Shown here piece after piece: positions 22,969 through 34,973 of a stretch of 36,589 bases of DNA. Every line of letters begins with the position of its first letter. Positions within the stretch are counted from its first letter, which is position 1. Under the pieces are notes generated by a model that worked only from the letters and a program-made list of their open reading frames with translations, searched no databases and was not told where the DNA came from. Source of the stretch: Octopus bimaculoides (Eukaryota). The stretch is from contig NC_068982.1 in the NCBI RefSeq assembly GCF_001194135.2, positions 127,368,423 through 127,405,011 of the forward strand, read 5' to 3'. The position numbers and the translations under genes are program-made.

Positions 22969-23419
22969 CAGGATGTCACAAACAGCAAACAACATGAAAC
23001 ACAAAAACAAATGAGCTGAACATGCTGGACGTATCTATCCATCTCTCTCTTCTATCTTTTCTCTTGTCAAAGAAACTATTTTTCCAGCATTCACTATTTT
23101 ACCCTCATTCTGGTTTAACAACCCTCCATGTTTGTTTTTGTTCGGTTTCCTTGTATGTCTCCACTGTCCTGTTTTTGTTCCCAATGTTGACCCTCCATAA
23201 ATCCCAAATTTTATTTAGGTATTTGTGGGAGCAACTGCCTTCGAAGACTTGTATTGTCGTTCAATGCTCAAAATGAGGAGTGGATAGGCAGCTGACAACT
23301 GGTGAAGAATCGTTCTTTATGTTACTTGTCCTGTTTTCCATTTGTTTCTCTTGTTGTTTGCGTTGCATATTCAACTCATTTGTTTTCATTTCATGTTGTT
23401 TGCTGTTTGTGACGTCCTG
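22969..23419. mobile_element. Tc1/mariner-type MITE, about 451 bp
   Basis: TA flanks; TIRs of about 55 bp, caggatgtcacaaacagcaaacaacatgaa... / ...ttcatgttgtttgctgtttgtgacgtcctg; no coding capacity. Confidence 0.85.
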
Positions 23420-23455
23420 TACCCATATATGCATATATATATATATATATATATA

Positions 23456-24444
23456 NNNNNNNNNNNNNNNNNNNNNNNNNNNNNNNNNNNNNNNNNNNNN
23501 NNNNNNNNNNNNNNNNNNNNNNNNNNNNNNNNNNNNNNNNNNNNNNNNNNNNNNNNNNNNNNNNNNNNNNNNNNNNNNNNNNNNNNNNNNNNNNNNNNNN
23601 NNNNNNNNNNNNNNNNNNNNNNNNNNNNNNNNNNNNNNNNNNNNNNNNNNNNNNNNNNNNNNNNNNNNNNNNNNNNNNNNNNNNNNNNNNNNNNNNNNNN
23701 NNNNNNNNNNNNNNNNNNNNNNNNNNNNNNNNNNNNNNNNNNNNNNNNNNNNNNNNNNNNNNNNNNNNNNNNNNNNNNNNNNNNNNNNNNNNNNNNNNNN
23801 NNNNNNNNNNNNNNNNNNNNNNNNNNNNNNNNNNNNNNNNNNNNNNNNNNNNNNNNNNNNNNNNNNNNNNNNNNNNNNNNNNNNNNNNNNNNNNNNNNNN
23901 NNNNNNNNNNNNNNNNNNNNNNNNNNNNNNNNNNNNNNNNNNNNNNNNNNNNNNNNNNNNNNNNNNNNNNNNNNNNNNNNNNNNNNNNNNNNNNNNNNNN
24001 NNNNNNNNNNNNNNNNNNNNNNNNNNNNNNNNNNNNNNNNNNNNNNNNNNNNNNNNNNNNNNNNNNNNNNNNNNNNNNNNNNNNNNNNNNNNNNNNNNNN
24101 NNNNNNNNNNNNNNNNNNNNNNNNNNNNNNNNNNNNNNNNNNNNNNNNNNNNNNNNNNNNNNNNNNNNNNNNNNNNNNNNNNNNNNNNNNNNNNNNNNNN
24201 NNNNNNNNNNNNNNNNNNNNNNNNNNNNNNNNNNNNNNNNNNNNNNNNNNNNNNNNNNNNNNNNNNNNNNNNNNNNNNNNNNNNNNNNNNNNNNNNNNNN
24301 NNNNNNNNNNNNNNNNNNNNNNNNNNNNNNNNNNNNNNNNNNNNNNNNNNNNNNNNNNNNNNNNNNNNNNNNNNNNNNNNNNNNNNNNNNNNNNNNNNNN
24401 NNNNNNNNNNNNNNNNNNNNNNNNNNNNNNNNNNNNNNNNNNNN
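23456..24444. other. Assembly gap (989 N). Other gaps: 7854-8165, 9554-9950, 14217-14317, 19377-19386, 22909-22918, 27284-27549
   Basis: N runs, nearly all bordered by microsatellites. Confidence 1.
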
Positions 24445-24539
24445 GCTGCTGAAGTGGTCGCTGGAACTGCTGCTGCTGTCGTGTGGTACACGGAACAGTT
24501 CTCAAAGAGAAACTGGACCGAGACAAATTATTGGGTATG

Positions 24540-24720
24540 AGTTGATCTATATATAGCGTTAAGAGGGCTCCAAATGCCTTTAGAATTTTACTCCATCACG
24601 TGACCTTATTAGGGGCCGTGATTGGTCAGTTCGCGTTCTGGCGGGAACGGTTCGAAGAAGTTGCCGATTCGAATAATGATCAGTCACGTGATGGACAAGG
24701 AATGGGTTCTCTACTACGCT
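24540..24720. promoter_or_regulatory. Candidate (bidirectional) RNA polymerase II promoter
   Basis: Local CpG enrichment; ATCACGTGAC 24595-24604 and GTCACGTGAT 24683-24692; ATTGG 24621-24625 (GACCAATCAC on the - strand); TGGCGGGAA 24639-24647; CTATATATAG 24547-24556. Confidence 0.65.
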
Positions 24721-25394
24721 CGCATTTATTTATATTTAAATGAGAAGATTGTATGTAATGGCGATAGTAGTTTGTATCTAATGGCGATAGGTAGTTTCAC
24801 TACATATACATACACACAGACACACACATACATACATACATATATATAAGTAACAGTTGGTCTAACTAGGTACATCACTTTTAAGTAACTTGTTCAACTG
24901 AATCTTGTTATATTATATCATTCAGCCATGGTAGTAGTTGAATATATTCTTAAGTTCACTATTTCGTCAATTACAGCAGCTTCCAAGCTTCACCACTAAT
25001 TCAGTTCTCAACTAAATTGCAAACTGTTAACAGTTTTAAAGAGGACAACTCCTCAGCTACACTTTGGTACAAATAGTTTGAGATTTGGTTCAGTAGAAAA
25101 AAGCTAGATCAAAATATCTGCGACCTCAAGGGGGGCAGTAAGACACCTGTTCACCTTCACATAACATAAAGTTTTTTATTTTAAAATAAAAGTATACTTT
25201 TTTGAAGCTTAAATAATAGAAAAATGCATGAGGATTTCAGAATCGTTAGTTGCATTGAACAAAATTAGTAGAAAAAAGTTATGAGGTGAAATGTAATGAA
25301 ATTTATTGTCAGTAAGTGAGGAAGTAACACCCCAAGCTATACTATTAAGATAAGAATATATTTCTAAAATGAAAGTTTACATTCTTTTATGCGT

Positions 25395-25500
25395 CAAGTT
25401 GGCAGAAACGTTAGCATGCCAGGCAAAATGCTTGGTAGTATTTCATTTGTCTTTTTGTTCTGAGTTCAAATTCCACCAAGGTCGACTTTACCTTTCGTAT
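25395..25500 (+). mobile_element. SINE family C, 5' part
   Basis: gttggcagaaacgttagcatgccaggcaaaatgc...gagttcaaattcc. Confidence 0.75.
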
Positions 25501-25705
25501 ACTTTATTTTTTAATTAAGTATTTAATAAAGTTATTTTAAATATGCTGTTGAATTGGGGTAAGTTTCACTTTTATTATTAATTTTCTCTTTCAGCTTTAA
25601 TTATCTTGCTTTCTGCTTTTTTTGCTTTTTCTTTTTAGTTGCTTTCCTTTTCTTTTTAGTTAATTATTTTATCAGGCTAGTTCATTAATGTGTTATATAC
25701 TTCAG

Positions 25706-25803
25706 ATATGGGCATCTAAATTTATTGAGGCAGGAATATAGTCATTTTTGGCTATGTCTCAATGGGCAGACCTGAAGGCATGTAGTAAGGCTGTCCAGAA
25801 AAG
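25706..25803 (+). CDS. Candidate exon (5'UTR or first coding exon, MSQWADLKACSKAVQK from ATG 25754) of an unidentified gene
   Basis: Acceptor tatacttcag, donor AAG|GTACTG, unique sequence 1 kb downstream of the promoter; no homology recognised. Confidence 0.25.
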
Positions 25804-26276
25804 GTACTGGTTAAAAGTGCTTATATTCTAAATTTACTTTCTAAATTTCAAAATTAATTAAAAGGGATTTTTCATAAATCAAATTTATATTAATGGGATG
25901 TAAGTAATTTTAACTTGTGTATATCTGATATGCTTTTATAATTACTGTTGTATTGAATAATTATTGATAGATCTAGATTAGTAGCAGTCTAGGTTGCTTA
26001 AGGTGAGCCTGGTAACTGATGGTTTTGGGATCTTGTTGTTTGTAACTTTTGGTGAGCCACGGCGCAACCAACAACATGGTAAAAATCTCTGCCATTAATT
26101 TGGTGTGGATGGGTAATATCAAATAATTCAATCACAACATATATTTAAATTAAACATGAAAAAAATTGAAATATTATAATCACTTATATGGAAAAAATTG
26201 AAATATTATCTTTCAGTATTTTATAAGTTAAAATCTTAAATTATTAATCGACACATTATTAATTATCTTATAACAG

Positions 26277-26394
26277 CAATGCCTGGAAAAATAATGGATT
26301 ACATGAAAGAATGCAAACATGCAACTGTCCCTTATGGGTGGGATGCTGTGCATCATATTGTGCTGCAACAATTTTGTGGTCTGGGTCACATCAG
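26277..26394 (+). CDS. Candidate exon of an unidentified gene; two open frames
   Basis: Acceptor atcttataacag, donor CAG|GTACAT; higher GC than the flanks. Frames MPGKIMDYMKECKHATVPYGWDAVHHIVLQQFCGLGHI and NAWKNNGLHERMQTCNCPLWVGCCASYCAATILWSGSHQ are both open. Confidence 0.4.
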
Positions 26395-26599
26395 GTACAT
26401 TCATACATAAAGTGGTTTCTCACTAAAAATTTTGAGTTCAGGCAGTCATGTTATCTGCCCGCTTCATTAGGGAATGAGGCATTGCTACAGTTGTCCTTAT
26501 GTTAAATTGACATATACTCATTAGTCCTAAAACTACAAATATGTTTGTGTGTGTGTGTGTGTGTGCAATAATAATAAAATTGAAATTATTGTGTATAGT

Positions 26600-27275
26600 G
26601 CTCAGGTGCACAACAACTCATCAAAGGTGCATGTACAGTACATAGAAGTATGTGCAAAAGTCAGGAAAGTGAACGGTGTAAGAGTTATGATATACATATG
26701 TGCATGCATATGGAGGCAAGGATATCAGGTGTAGTGTGGGCGAATTTCAGGAAGCATGAAGGTTTTAAAGCATGCAATGTCATGGCAACAACTAACAAAT
26801 GATGTAAGCAGTTTGTTCCATGCCTCAACAACTCTGAGTGTGAAAAGATGCTTCTGAAAGACATGGGAGCTGTGCTGTTTTCTGACTTTGTAGGCATGCC
26901 CACGTGTGTTAGACACATGGACTTCAAAAAGGTGTTCAAGGTGGTTGTTGGCCTGATGGTTAATAATTTTGTCGGTGTTTACTAAGTCAGTTTCCAGACA
27001 TAGGAGCTTCAATGTATCTGTGCCCGGGGAAGCAAGGTGTTCAGAGTAAGGTAGATGCCTGATGGAGGGTATTCACTTGGTTGCACGTCTCTGGACAGTT
27101 TCCAGGAGGTGAATGTCTTGAGCAAGATAGGGGTTCCAGACTGGTGATGCAAATTCCAAGTGTGACCACACCATAGCCATATACAGCCTTAAATAGATAG
27201 TGGGTTACAAAAGTCTTGGTGAGTGATGCCAAGACATCCTCAGCCTTTTTGACATTCTTGTATGCATATATGTAT
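26600..27275 (-). mobile_element. CR1-group LINE 3' fragment
   Basis: SNTRGHAYKVRKQHSSH...FTLRVVEAWNKL...FK, the typical CR1/L3 ORF2 C-terminus; truncated by a gap. Confidence 0.85.
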
Positions 27276-27601
27276 ACATATATNNNNNNNNNNNNNNNNN
27301 NNNNNNNNNNNNNNNNNNNNNNNNNNNNNNNNNNNNNNNNNNNNNNNNNNNNNNNNNNNNNNNNNNNNNNNNNNNNNNNNNNNNNNNNNNNNNNNNNNNN
27401 NNNNNNNNNNNNNNNNNNNNNNNNNNNNNNNNNNNNNNNNNNNNNNNNNNNNNNNNNNNNNNNNNNNNNNNNNNNNNNNNNNNNNNNNNNNNNNNNNNNN
27501 NNNNNNNNNNNNNNNNNNNNNNNNNNNNNNNNNNNNNNNNNNNNNNNNNTATATACACATGTATATATATATATATGTGTGTGTGTATATATATATATAT
27601 G

Positions 27602-27644
<43 letters not shown>

Positions 27645-28019
27645 TAGATATAGATATATATACACACATCGATCTGGGGCATTAGTAGAAGTCACTTGCC
27701 CAAGGTGCTGCACAGTGGGACTGAACCCAGAACCATGTGACTGGGAAACAAATGATAGTCGCAGTTAAAATTATGAAGGTATTTATTAAGTGATGGTTGC
27801 TGCTATTGTTTAGCACCAAGTCACCCCTGAATTAGTTGACCTAAGGTCAAAGATGTTTCATCTGTGAGCATTCCATATTATATTCAGACAACACAATATA
27901 TCTAAGATAACATTATGTATTGTGTCCATTTTGCTTTCTTTTTTTTTTAAGATTGATAATAGAGGAAAGTTTGGCTGCTGTTTCTAACAAGTTGAGCAAT
28001 GACATAGCGGATCCCTATA

Positions 28020-28230
28020 CATTTCAGATTTTGGCCCATGGCCAGCAATTTTGGGGGAGGGAGTAAGTCGATTACATCAACCCCAGTGATCAGCTGGTGC
28101 TTGTTTTATTGACCATAAAAGGACAAAAGGTGAAGTCAACCTTGGTGGAATTTGAACTCAGAACATAAGGACAAAGTGCTGCTAAGCATTTTACCCAATG
28201 TGCTAATGATTCTGCCAGTTCACTGCCTTA
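28020..28230 (-). mobile_element. SINE family C
   Basis: Reverse-complement match (gtcgattacatc...gaatttgaactcagaac). Confidence 0.8.
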
Positions 28231-29629
28231 CCATGTTGATATATTAAAAAAAAAAAGATTTCTGTAACTTTATTTTACCACAACAGAAAGTGATATGCGA
28301 TGAGAAAATGTGGCAGGAGGTATGGAAGGTGATTAAAAAAAAAGAAAATAAAGAATTAAAGAATTGAATTCAAATTTATGTCTGTGTTTCTATGGGTTTG
28401 ATAGTTTGATGGAAAGTTTAATATTTTCTTTCCAATAAACATAAATAGTGACCTTCAACAAGTCAAAGAGGTGGTGATTTAGTAGGATAGTTTATTGCCT
28501 TGCTTCACACATGACTAAAGGTAAAATTATTTAGTTTCCATTTTATCAAGAGTTCACTTTGAATTTAAGTAAAATTATTGATATTGAGCACATAAATTCC
28601 AGATAGTTTTTTTGGTAGTTCTGACAGACGCAAAATACACTTATAAGTAGAAAGAAAGTTCAAAGTGATGTCTGATGTAGAACGATGTTAATTTGCATTT
28701 ATAAATAATAACTTGCAATTATATTGCAGACATGTCCATTAGATAAAGGAACTTACTTCTTTCTCAAAGTATTTTTGGTAAATTAAAAAAAAAATAAAGT
28801 AATAAAGAATGAAAGAAAGAACTAACCTTTCAAAATGTAAGATACTGAGATGAGAAAATTTAATTAATGGAAAAAAAAAGAAAGTAAATATTTTAGAAAA
28901 ATAGCAAAAATAATTTAGAGAAAAAGCAAAAATATTTTTCATTTTAGAAATAAATATTAAAGAGACAAACTGCAATAAATGATATTTATATAACCCATTC
29001 TTATAATTCTTAATCTGACAAATACAAATTGTCAAAATGAAGTAATATTTGGAGATGACGCATTTTGAAATCAATTGGAAAATATTTGAATTAATCTGAG
29101 TGACTTTACTAAATATTTAGCCTCAGCAAACATTTACCATTAATTTCTGTTGAGGAATTTGTACCCTAAGCCACTTCTACCTTTCTCACCCTACCCATCA
29201 TACTGACATTTCACCCCAAGAAGCACCTCCACTTCTGCTCATCACTCACTACATTCACTTCTGCCCCCATTTCTAACCATCTCTTAGTTTCCTATCACAC
29301 TCTTAAACTCTCCTCCTGACCCATTGTCTGTATCCTTTCTTATGCTCACCCATTTGCTCCTTGAAGGTTTACTCTGACACCCTATCACTATCATCTTATC
29401 TTCTTCCCATCTACCCCTACCGACTCTTATATAATGCAGAGTAACCATGTATCTTCTCCATAACAAAAATCCTGCACTTGTCCCTCTGTCATACTTTAAC
29501 CTTCCAACACTAGGTGTAAAGCCACCAACCCCTCTCAAATACCCCACTTCCCACTTAACCAGGGTGCTTTTTCTTCTCTTTTCTTTTTTCTTATTTTGTT
29601 CTTTTCCTGTCTTACAAGTTACTTGGTGA

Positions 29630-29900
29630 CCTCACGGATGCTGGTGGTGCAAAAAAGGAAGAAAAACCCACTTGGTGCACACTGTAAAATGACTGGTGTT
29701 GAGAAACCATGCCAAAGCAGACACCAGTTATCAATACACCCTTGTGGCCTGCCAAATCCTGTCAAACCATCCATGCCATGCCTGCATGGAAGACATTAAA
29801 TGATGATGACAATGATGATGATGATGATGACAATGATGACGACAATGACGACGACAACAAAGACGATGACAACAATGATGATGATGACACTGATGATGAC
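29630..29900 (+). mobile_element. Family B remnant with expanded (GAT/GAC)n tail
   Basis: tcaaaccatccatgccatgcctgcatggaagacattaaa(tga)n. Confidence 0.65.
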
Positions 29901-30524
29901 AAAATAAATATTTATCTCCATTTCTATATACCATTATCCTTTTCATTTCGCCAGTAATGCATTTATTTTTAATGCTATATACCCATTTCACTGCATGCAA
30001 ACAATAGCGGTGCAGCTTTTGTAAATCTGATTATTGTACATTGTTGAAGGCAGTATTTTTATATTAGGATCACCTTCAATTCAGTTATAATGTCATCATG
30101 GACAAGTACATTGAGAATGGCTTGACTTTTTTTTTTTCACGAATCTACAAAACTGATAAGTAAGTGAGATATCTGATGTTAGCCTGGAAAACTAACCGAG
30201 GTAAACAAAATAATATACTTTGCTCAGAGACACCACATAATGGTTGTAAAGAGGTTTAAATTAATGAATATGTGTTCAATAGTCCAGTAGTATTAAATAT
30301 GATAGTAACAATATCTATATAATAAATGCTAAACATTCCATTGCAGTATACCTTATTCTCCATGAAGTATACTACCTTAGTCTGAATTTCCTAGTTTTCT
30401 TCCATCTACCTGCAATGTAGAAATGGAATATGTGTCCTTAGAGAAAATAGAAAAAGTGTTACCAAAATACAATATAATAATTGATATTGCATAATATCAG
30501 TACAGTAGTTGATATTATTTTTCC

Positions 30525-31365
30525 TGTTATAACCTAGCTAAGACAAAAAGTTATTGTTAGTAAGAAAGAAGATAAAACTCTCTTCCCATCAGGTAAATGG
30601 CCCTGCTCAGTATGTAGGAAAGGAGTTGGAAGAAATTCCATTCGCTGCACTCAGTGTAGTGGAATCACAGGTAGATTAACAGATAAAGTTGTTTTCGTAT
30701 GTGGCAGACAAGCAGGAACAATAATCACTAAGAACACATGGGAATTAGATTCTTTCAAATGCCCAGGAGGCTCTCTTGAGGTTGTAAATAGTTTCTGTTA
30801 CCTAGGTGACCAAATTAGCAATGGTAGAGGATGCTCTGAAAGTATTGTTTCTAGAATAAGAATTGGGTGGAGGAAGTTCAGAGAGCTATTGCCTCTGTTG
30901 GCAACAAAAGGACTCTCTCTCAGAGAGAAAGGTAGACTATATGATGCTTGTGTGGAAATGGCTATACTTTGTGGTAGTGAGACATGGGCTCTGAATGCAG
31001 AAGACGTGTATACTGGATAGAAATGAAGGTAGTATGCTCCATGGGATGTACAACGTCTGCGGAAATGTACAGTAAAGTGCAAATGTACTGAGAGAAAAGT
31101 TGGGCATAAGAGGAATCAAATGTAGCATGCAAGAGAGAAGACAATGTTGGTTTGGACATGTGACGCATATGAATGAGGACAGCTGCATAAAAAAGTGCTG
31201 ATCACTGAAAGTGAATGGTACCCACAGAAGAGGGAGCCCCAGGAAGATGTGGGATGAAGTGGTAAGGACTGATCTCAGGAAGTTGGGCCTCATGGAGGAA
31301 ATGATAATGAACCAAGATGTCTGGCGATATGAAGTTCTTGAGAAGCCCCACCCATGTCAGTGAAA
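30525..31365 (+). mobile_element. Decayed RTE LINE 3' half (same family as 768-2240)
   Basis: NLAKTK...PSGKWPCSVCRKGVGRNSIRCTQC, LEVVNSFCYLGDQIS, RIRIGWRKFRELLPLL, LCGSETW, WFGHV, PRKMWDEVV. Confidence 0.9.
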
Positions 31366-32364
31366 CTGAGTTCTAGAAGCACTGTGTGTCCCTGTTGATG
31401 ATGATGATGATGATGATGGTATTAAGCTCGATTAAGCTTTTGTAGATATTGTCATACTTGTAATACATTTTACTTTAATATGTTTTACTTCACCATACGT
31501 ATACATCAGATACATCAGTTTTTAAATGTCTTTTTCTTTTTTTCATGATTCCAATATTGAGGATTTCTGCAGAAATTCTCTGCATGCTATCTCTCTTTTA
31601 ATACCGATATACTGTTTCTCTCTCTCTCGCAAGGACACTTTATACATTCAATTTATCATTTTTTCCTCAATACAAGCAAATCCTCCATCCTATATACAAA
31701 TATCTGTGGATTTCAGTCGAACTTCGACACAGTCCCTACCCACTGCCTATACAAATCCAAGCATGTTATTCCACTCTGAAACACAAATATACAATGAGTT
31801 ATCTAACAGAATACATGCAACTTTCTACTGCATTTGGCAAATTGTAGACCTGAACATGGCATTGTCAAGCAAGGAATAAAACAGAAAAAAACAAAACAAA
31901 ACAAAACATGAATGAAAACTGTAGAAAGTGTGCTTCTGTATTCAGCCAAAACTCACAATGTCATAAGCATATTGACAAACTGATTTACATTCAGTTAAGA
32001 CTCCTAAAACCAATATCAAATGTGATGTCAGAATGCCTGAGATAAAAATATTCTTTTATTCCTCTATTCTTTCACTTGTTTCACAGTTATTGGACAGTGG
32101 TCATAATGAGGCACCACCTTCAAGAGTTTGATCAAACAAACTGACTCCAGTTCTTATTTATTTATTTGTTTATTATTATTATCATCATCATCATAAACAT
32201 TATCTACCACCACCACCACCACCACCACCACCTCACCCTCACCATCATCATGATCATCGTCATAAGGATCACAATCAGCATCATTCCAACTGCTACCACA
32301 ACTACCACCACCGCCACCACCATCATCATCATCACCACCACCACCATCACCATCATCATTATTA

Positions 32365-32812
32365 TTGTGCCAGTGGAATGTTAAAAGCACATCCGAGAGT
32401 GACCGTTGCCAGGGCCATGGATTGGCTCCTGTGCCAGTGGCACGTGAAAAGCGCCATTCGAGCGTGATCATTGCCAGTATCACCCTACCAGCATATGTGC
32501 TGGTGTCACGTAAAAAACAACATTTGAGCATGGTCGTTGCCAGTGCCACCAGACTGGCTCCCATGCAGGTAACATGTAAAAAACACCTTTTGAGTGTGGT
32601 TATTGCCAGAACTGCCTGACAGACACTCATGCCAGTGGCATGTAAAAGCATCCACTACATTCTAGGAGTGGTTGGTGTTAGGAAGAGCATCCAGCTGTAG
32701 AAACTTTGCCATATCAGATTGAGCCTGGTGCAGCCTCTGGCTCACCAGTCCTCAGTCAAACCATCCAACCCATACCAGCATGGAAAGCAGACGTTAAACG
32801 ATGATGATGATG
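32365..32812 (+). mobile_element. SINE-like repeat family B (preceded by (CAC/CAT)n at 32175-32360)
   Basis: Tandem units, body and acgttaaacgatgatgat tail. Confidence 0.8.
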
Positions 32813-34269
32813 GTTATTATTATTGTTGTAGAATACACTCATTCAAAGTGTCACTCAGTGGGACTAAACCTGAAATCACATGGCTGTGAATTAGACTCCT
32901 TAACACATATCCATGTTTATTACTGAAATATATCAAGTTTGGAAGCCCTTCATACAGTAAGGCAACTGTTCTTCATAATATCCATCTAACAAACCTAATA
33001 CTTTATGGCAAACTTGAGTTATGCTACAATCCATGAATGACATCCTCAACTTCACTATGCCAAAAAACCATCTGAAGAACATCAATGAAGATAAATATAT
33101 CTACAAGAAAATAAATTGTGATCAGGTATCATCATACTCTTTAGGACAGTGATATGTAGATGTCAAGACTCCAAAAATATTTACAGGAAAGAAAAGGAAA
33201 ACTTTATGTAAGAATAACCCAACTTCCTATTCTAATCAAACTGTTCTAATCAAACTACACCAATGGTGTAGGAAAGGTTCTACAGGAAAACAAAGGCAAA
33301 TTTGATTCCCTCATCTTAAGAAATAAACATGATAAGCAAGAGGAAATTTTGCATTCCATCACACTTACTCAGGAGTTGGGAAATTACAATCCCATTGCCT
33401 TGTTTCTTCTGTTATAACACATCTGACTGTGACAGCCAAGGAATGAATGAATAGCTTTGTTTACTAAATCAGTGCTTCTCAACTTTTTCACTTCCCTTCC
33501 ATTCAATGAATTTTCCCAATAACCACAAGCTTTTGAAAGATTTGTCTACTCAATAACTCAGTTCTTTTTTTTATTTACTGACAACAAACTTGTCTTTCCA
33601 GTTTTATCTTTCATAACTGAAAGAAAATAACTCAAGACTGGGTAGTGTAGTGCTCTCTGGGACAAAAATCTGTACATGTCAGAACTTTGAAAAATATTTA
33701 CAGCAAGATAAAGTTAAATTTCATGTAAAGAAAGTCCAGCTTCATACAATAGGTAAACTGTGAGTTAGGAGACAGTTGAGGAATAAATGACTTGATTTTC
33801 TAAATCATTGACTATAACATTATGTTTCCAAAAATTTTTAATAACTTTTTCCTCAGTTGCTGCTTATGCAGTTTGGAACTTTACAAAATATGCAGCACAT
33901 ATTTTCTTACATACCTCTAGAACAAGGTCACTCACAAACACCCCAACGGATCAAGAGCAGGTGGGACATTTCAGATCTTTAGCTCTAATCTAAGAGAGAA
34001 AGTAACTTCAAACAAACCCTGCATCCTGACAACTAATGGGTTTATGGAACTTGTTGCACAAGATCAATACAAATTTGAAGGATAAGAGAGTGGGACTTGC
34101 TCTGTACAAACCATGTTCACTATAATAAATCCTTGTTGCCTTGTAGAATAATTTATTGAATGTTTAAAAACGGGTTATGAGAGTCAACCTTACAGGAAAT
34201 CCAGAGAGAGGAACTCTAAGGTAGATATGTCATCGTCAGTTATGGCTGTCTGTCGTAAATTGACTTCGA

Positions 34270-34705
34270 CTGTTCATGTTCAGTTATCATCTCTGACAGG
34301 CTTGTATGTGAGCTACAAGGCCTGCTCTTAATCTGCAACAGTGGTATTGCAGGTAAAAGCTACTTGGTGCAATAGAGAAGTGACATATCTCATGTGCTCT
34401 TTCATATTCTCTCAGTTGTTTCTTCTCGATGGCTGGGCCTTCTCCTCCCAGGTGCCTGGGTAGATGCCAGAGGTTTTCATATGTCTCTTCAGGACTTTCC
34501 TGACCACCATGGATCCTCCTACCCTTACACAGTTCAGCATAAAAAAAACTACCTGTGGGACTCTGCCACCCACAATCCTGCAAATTTGTCCAGCACAATG
34601 CAGCTGTGATGAGGTAATGCAGACCCCTATACTATCTGTGCCCATGTGCATGATCTCTACATCAGGAATTCGAGCCTGCCATTTGATATGCAAGAGGGAA
34701 CACAG
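34270..34705 (-). mobile_element. RTE (BovB-like subfamily) 3' fragment
   Basis: IKWQARIPDVEIMH...SSQLHCAGQICRIVGGRVPQVVF...KVLKRHMKTSGI..TWEEKA; distinct from the finger-bearing RTE family. Confidence 0.8.
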
Positions 34706-34973
34706 ATGATGAAGTTATAAATCGAGTGAGAGTAGACATGTACAGTTATACTTAACTAAATTTCGTTGCATGGATACTGCAAATGTATTGACTTGTCTTT
34801 CCTTCATGGTGTAGCATTGAGTGGAGAAGTGTTAAGCGTACTTGGGGCTAGACACGTGTTTCTGGAATCAACTCAAGCAGAGTAGAGGTGGTTAAGTTAC
34901 TCTCTCTGCAATACAGTCAACTTCAACGAAAAAGGCCGACCATTTTCTTACATGCAAAAATATAAACCATACC

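Noticed and set aside
23261-24556. 366-421 aa ORFs (also 7699-8379, 9455-10098, 27041-27768)
   Set aside because: Their length comes from N gaps translated as X.
26142-26212. Short local direct duplications (also 15668-15725, 20655-20698, 24758-24797, 33231-33257)
   Set aside because: Two-copy 14-29 bp slippage duplications, common in AT-rich DNA, with no further structure.
29200-29560. Pyrimidine-rich block with an 87-aa - strand ORF
   Set aside because: No recognisable motif; probably a decayed LINE piece but not assignable by eye.
31690-31850. - strand acceptors after a long polypyrimidine tract with short open frames (SGITCLDLYRQW; AVGRDCVEVRLKSTDI)
   Set aside because: Several mutually exclusive readings, weak donors and no recognisable product.
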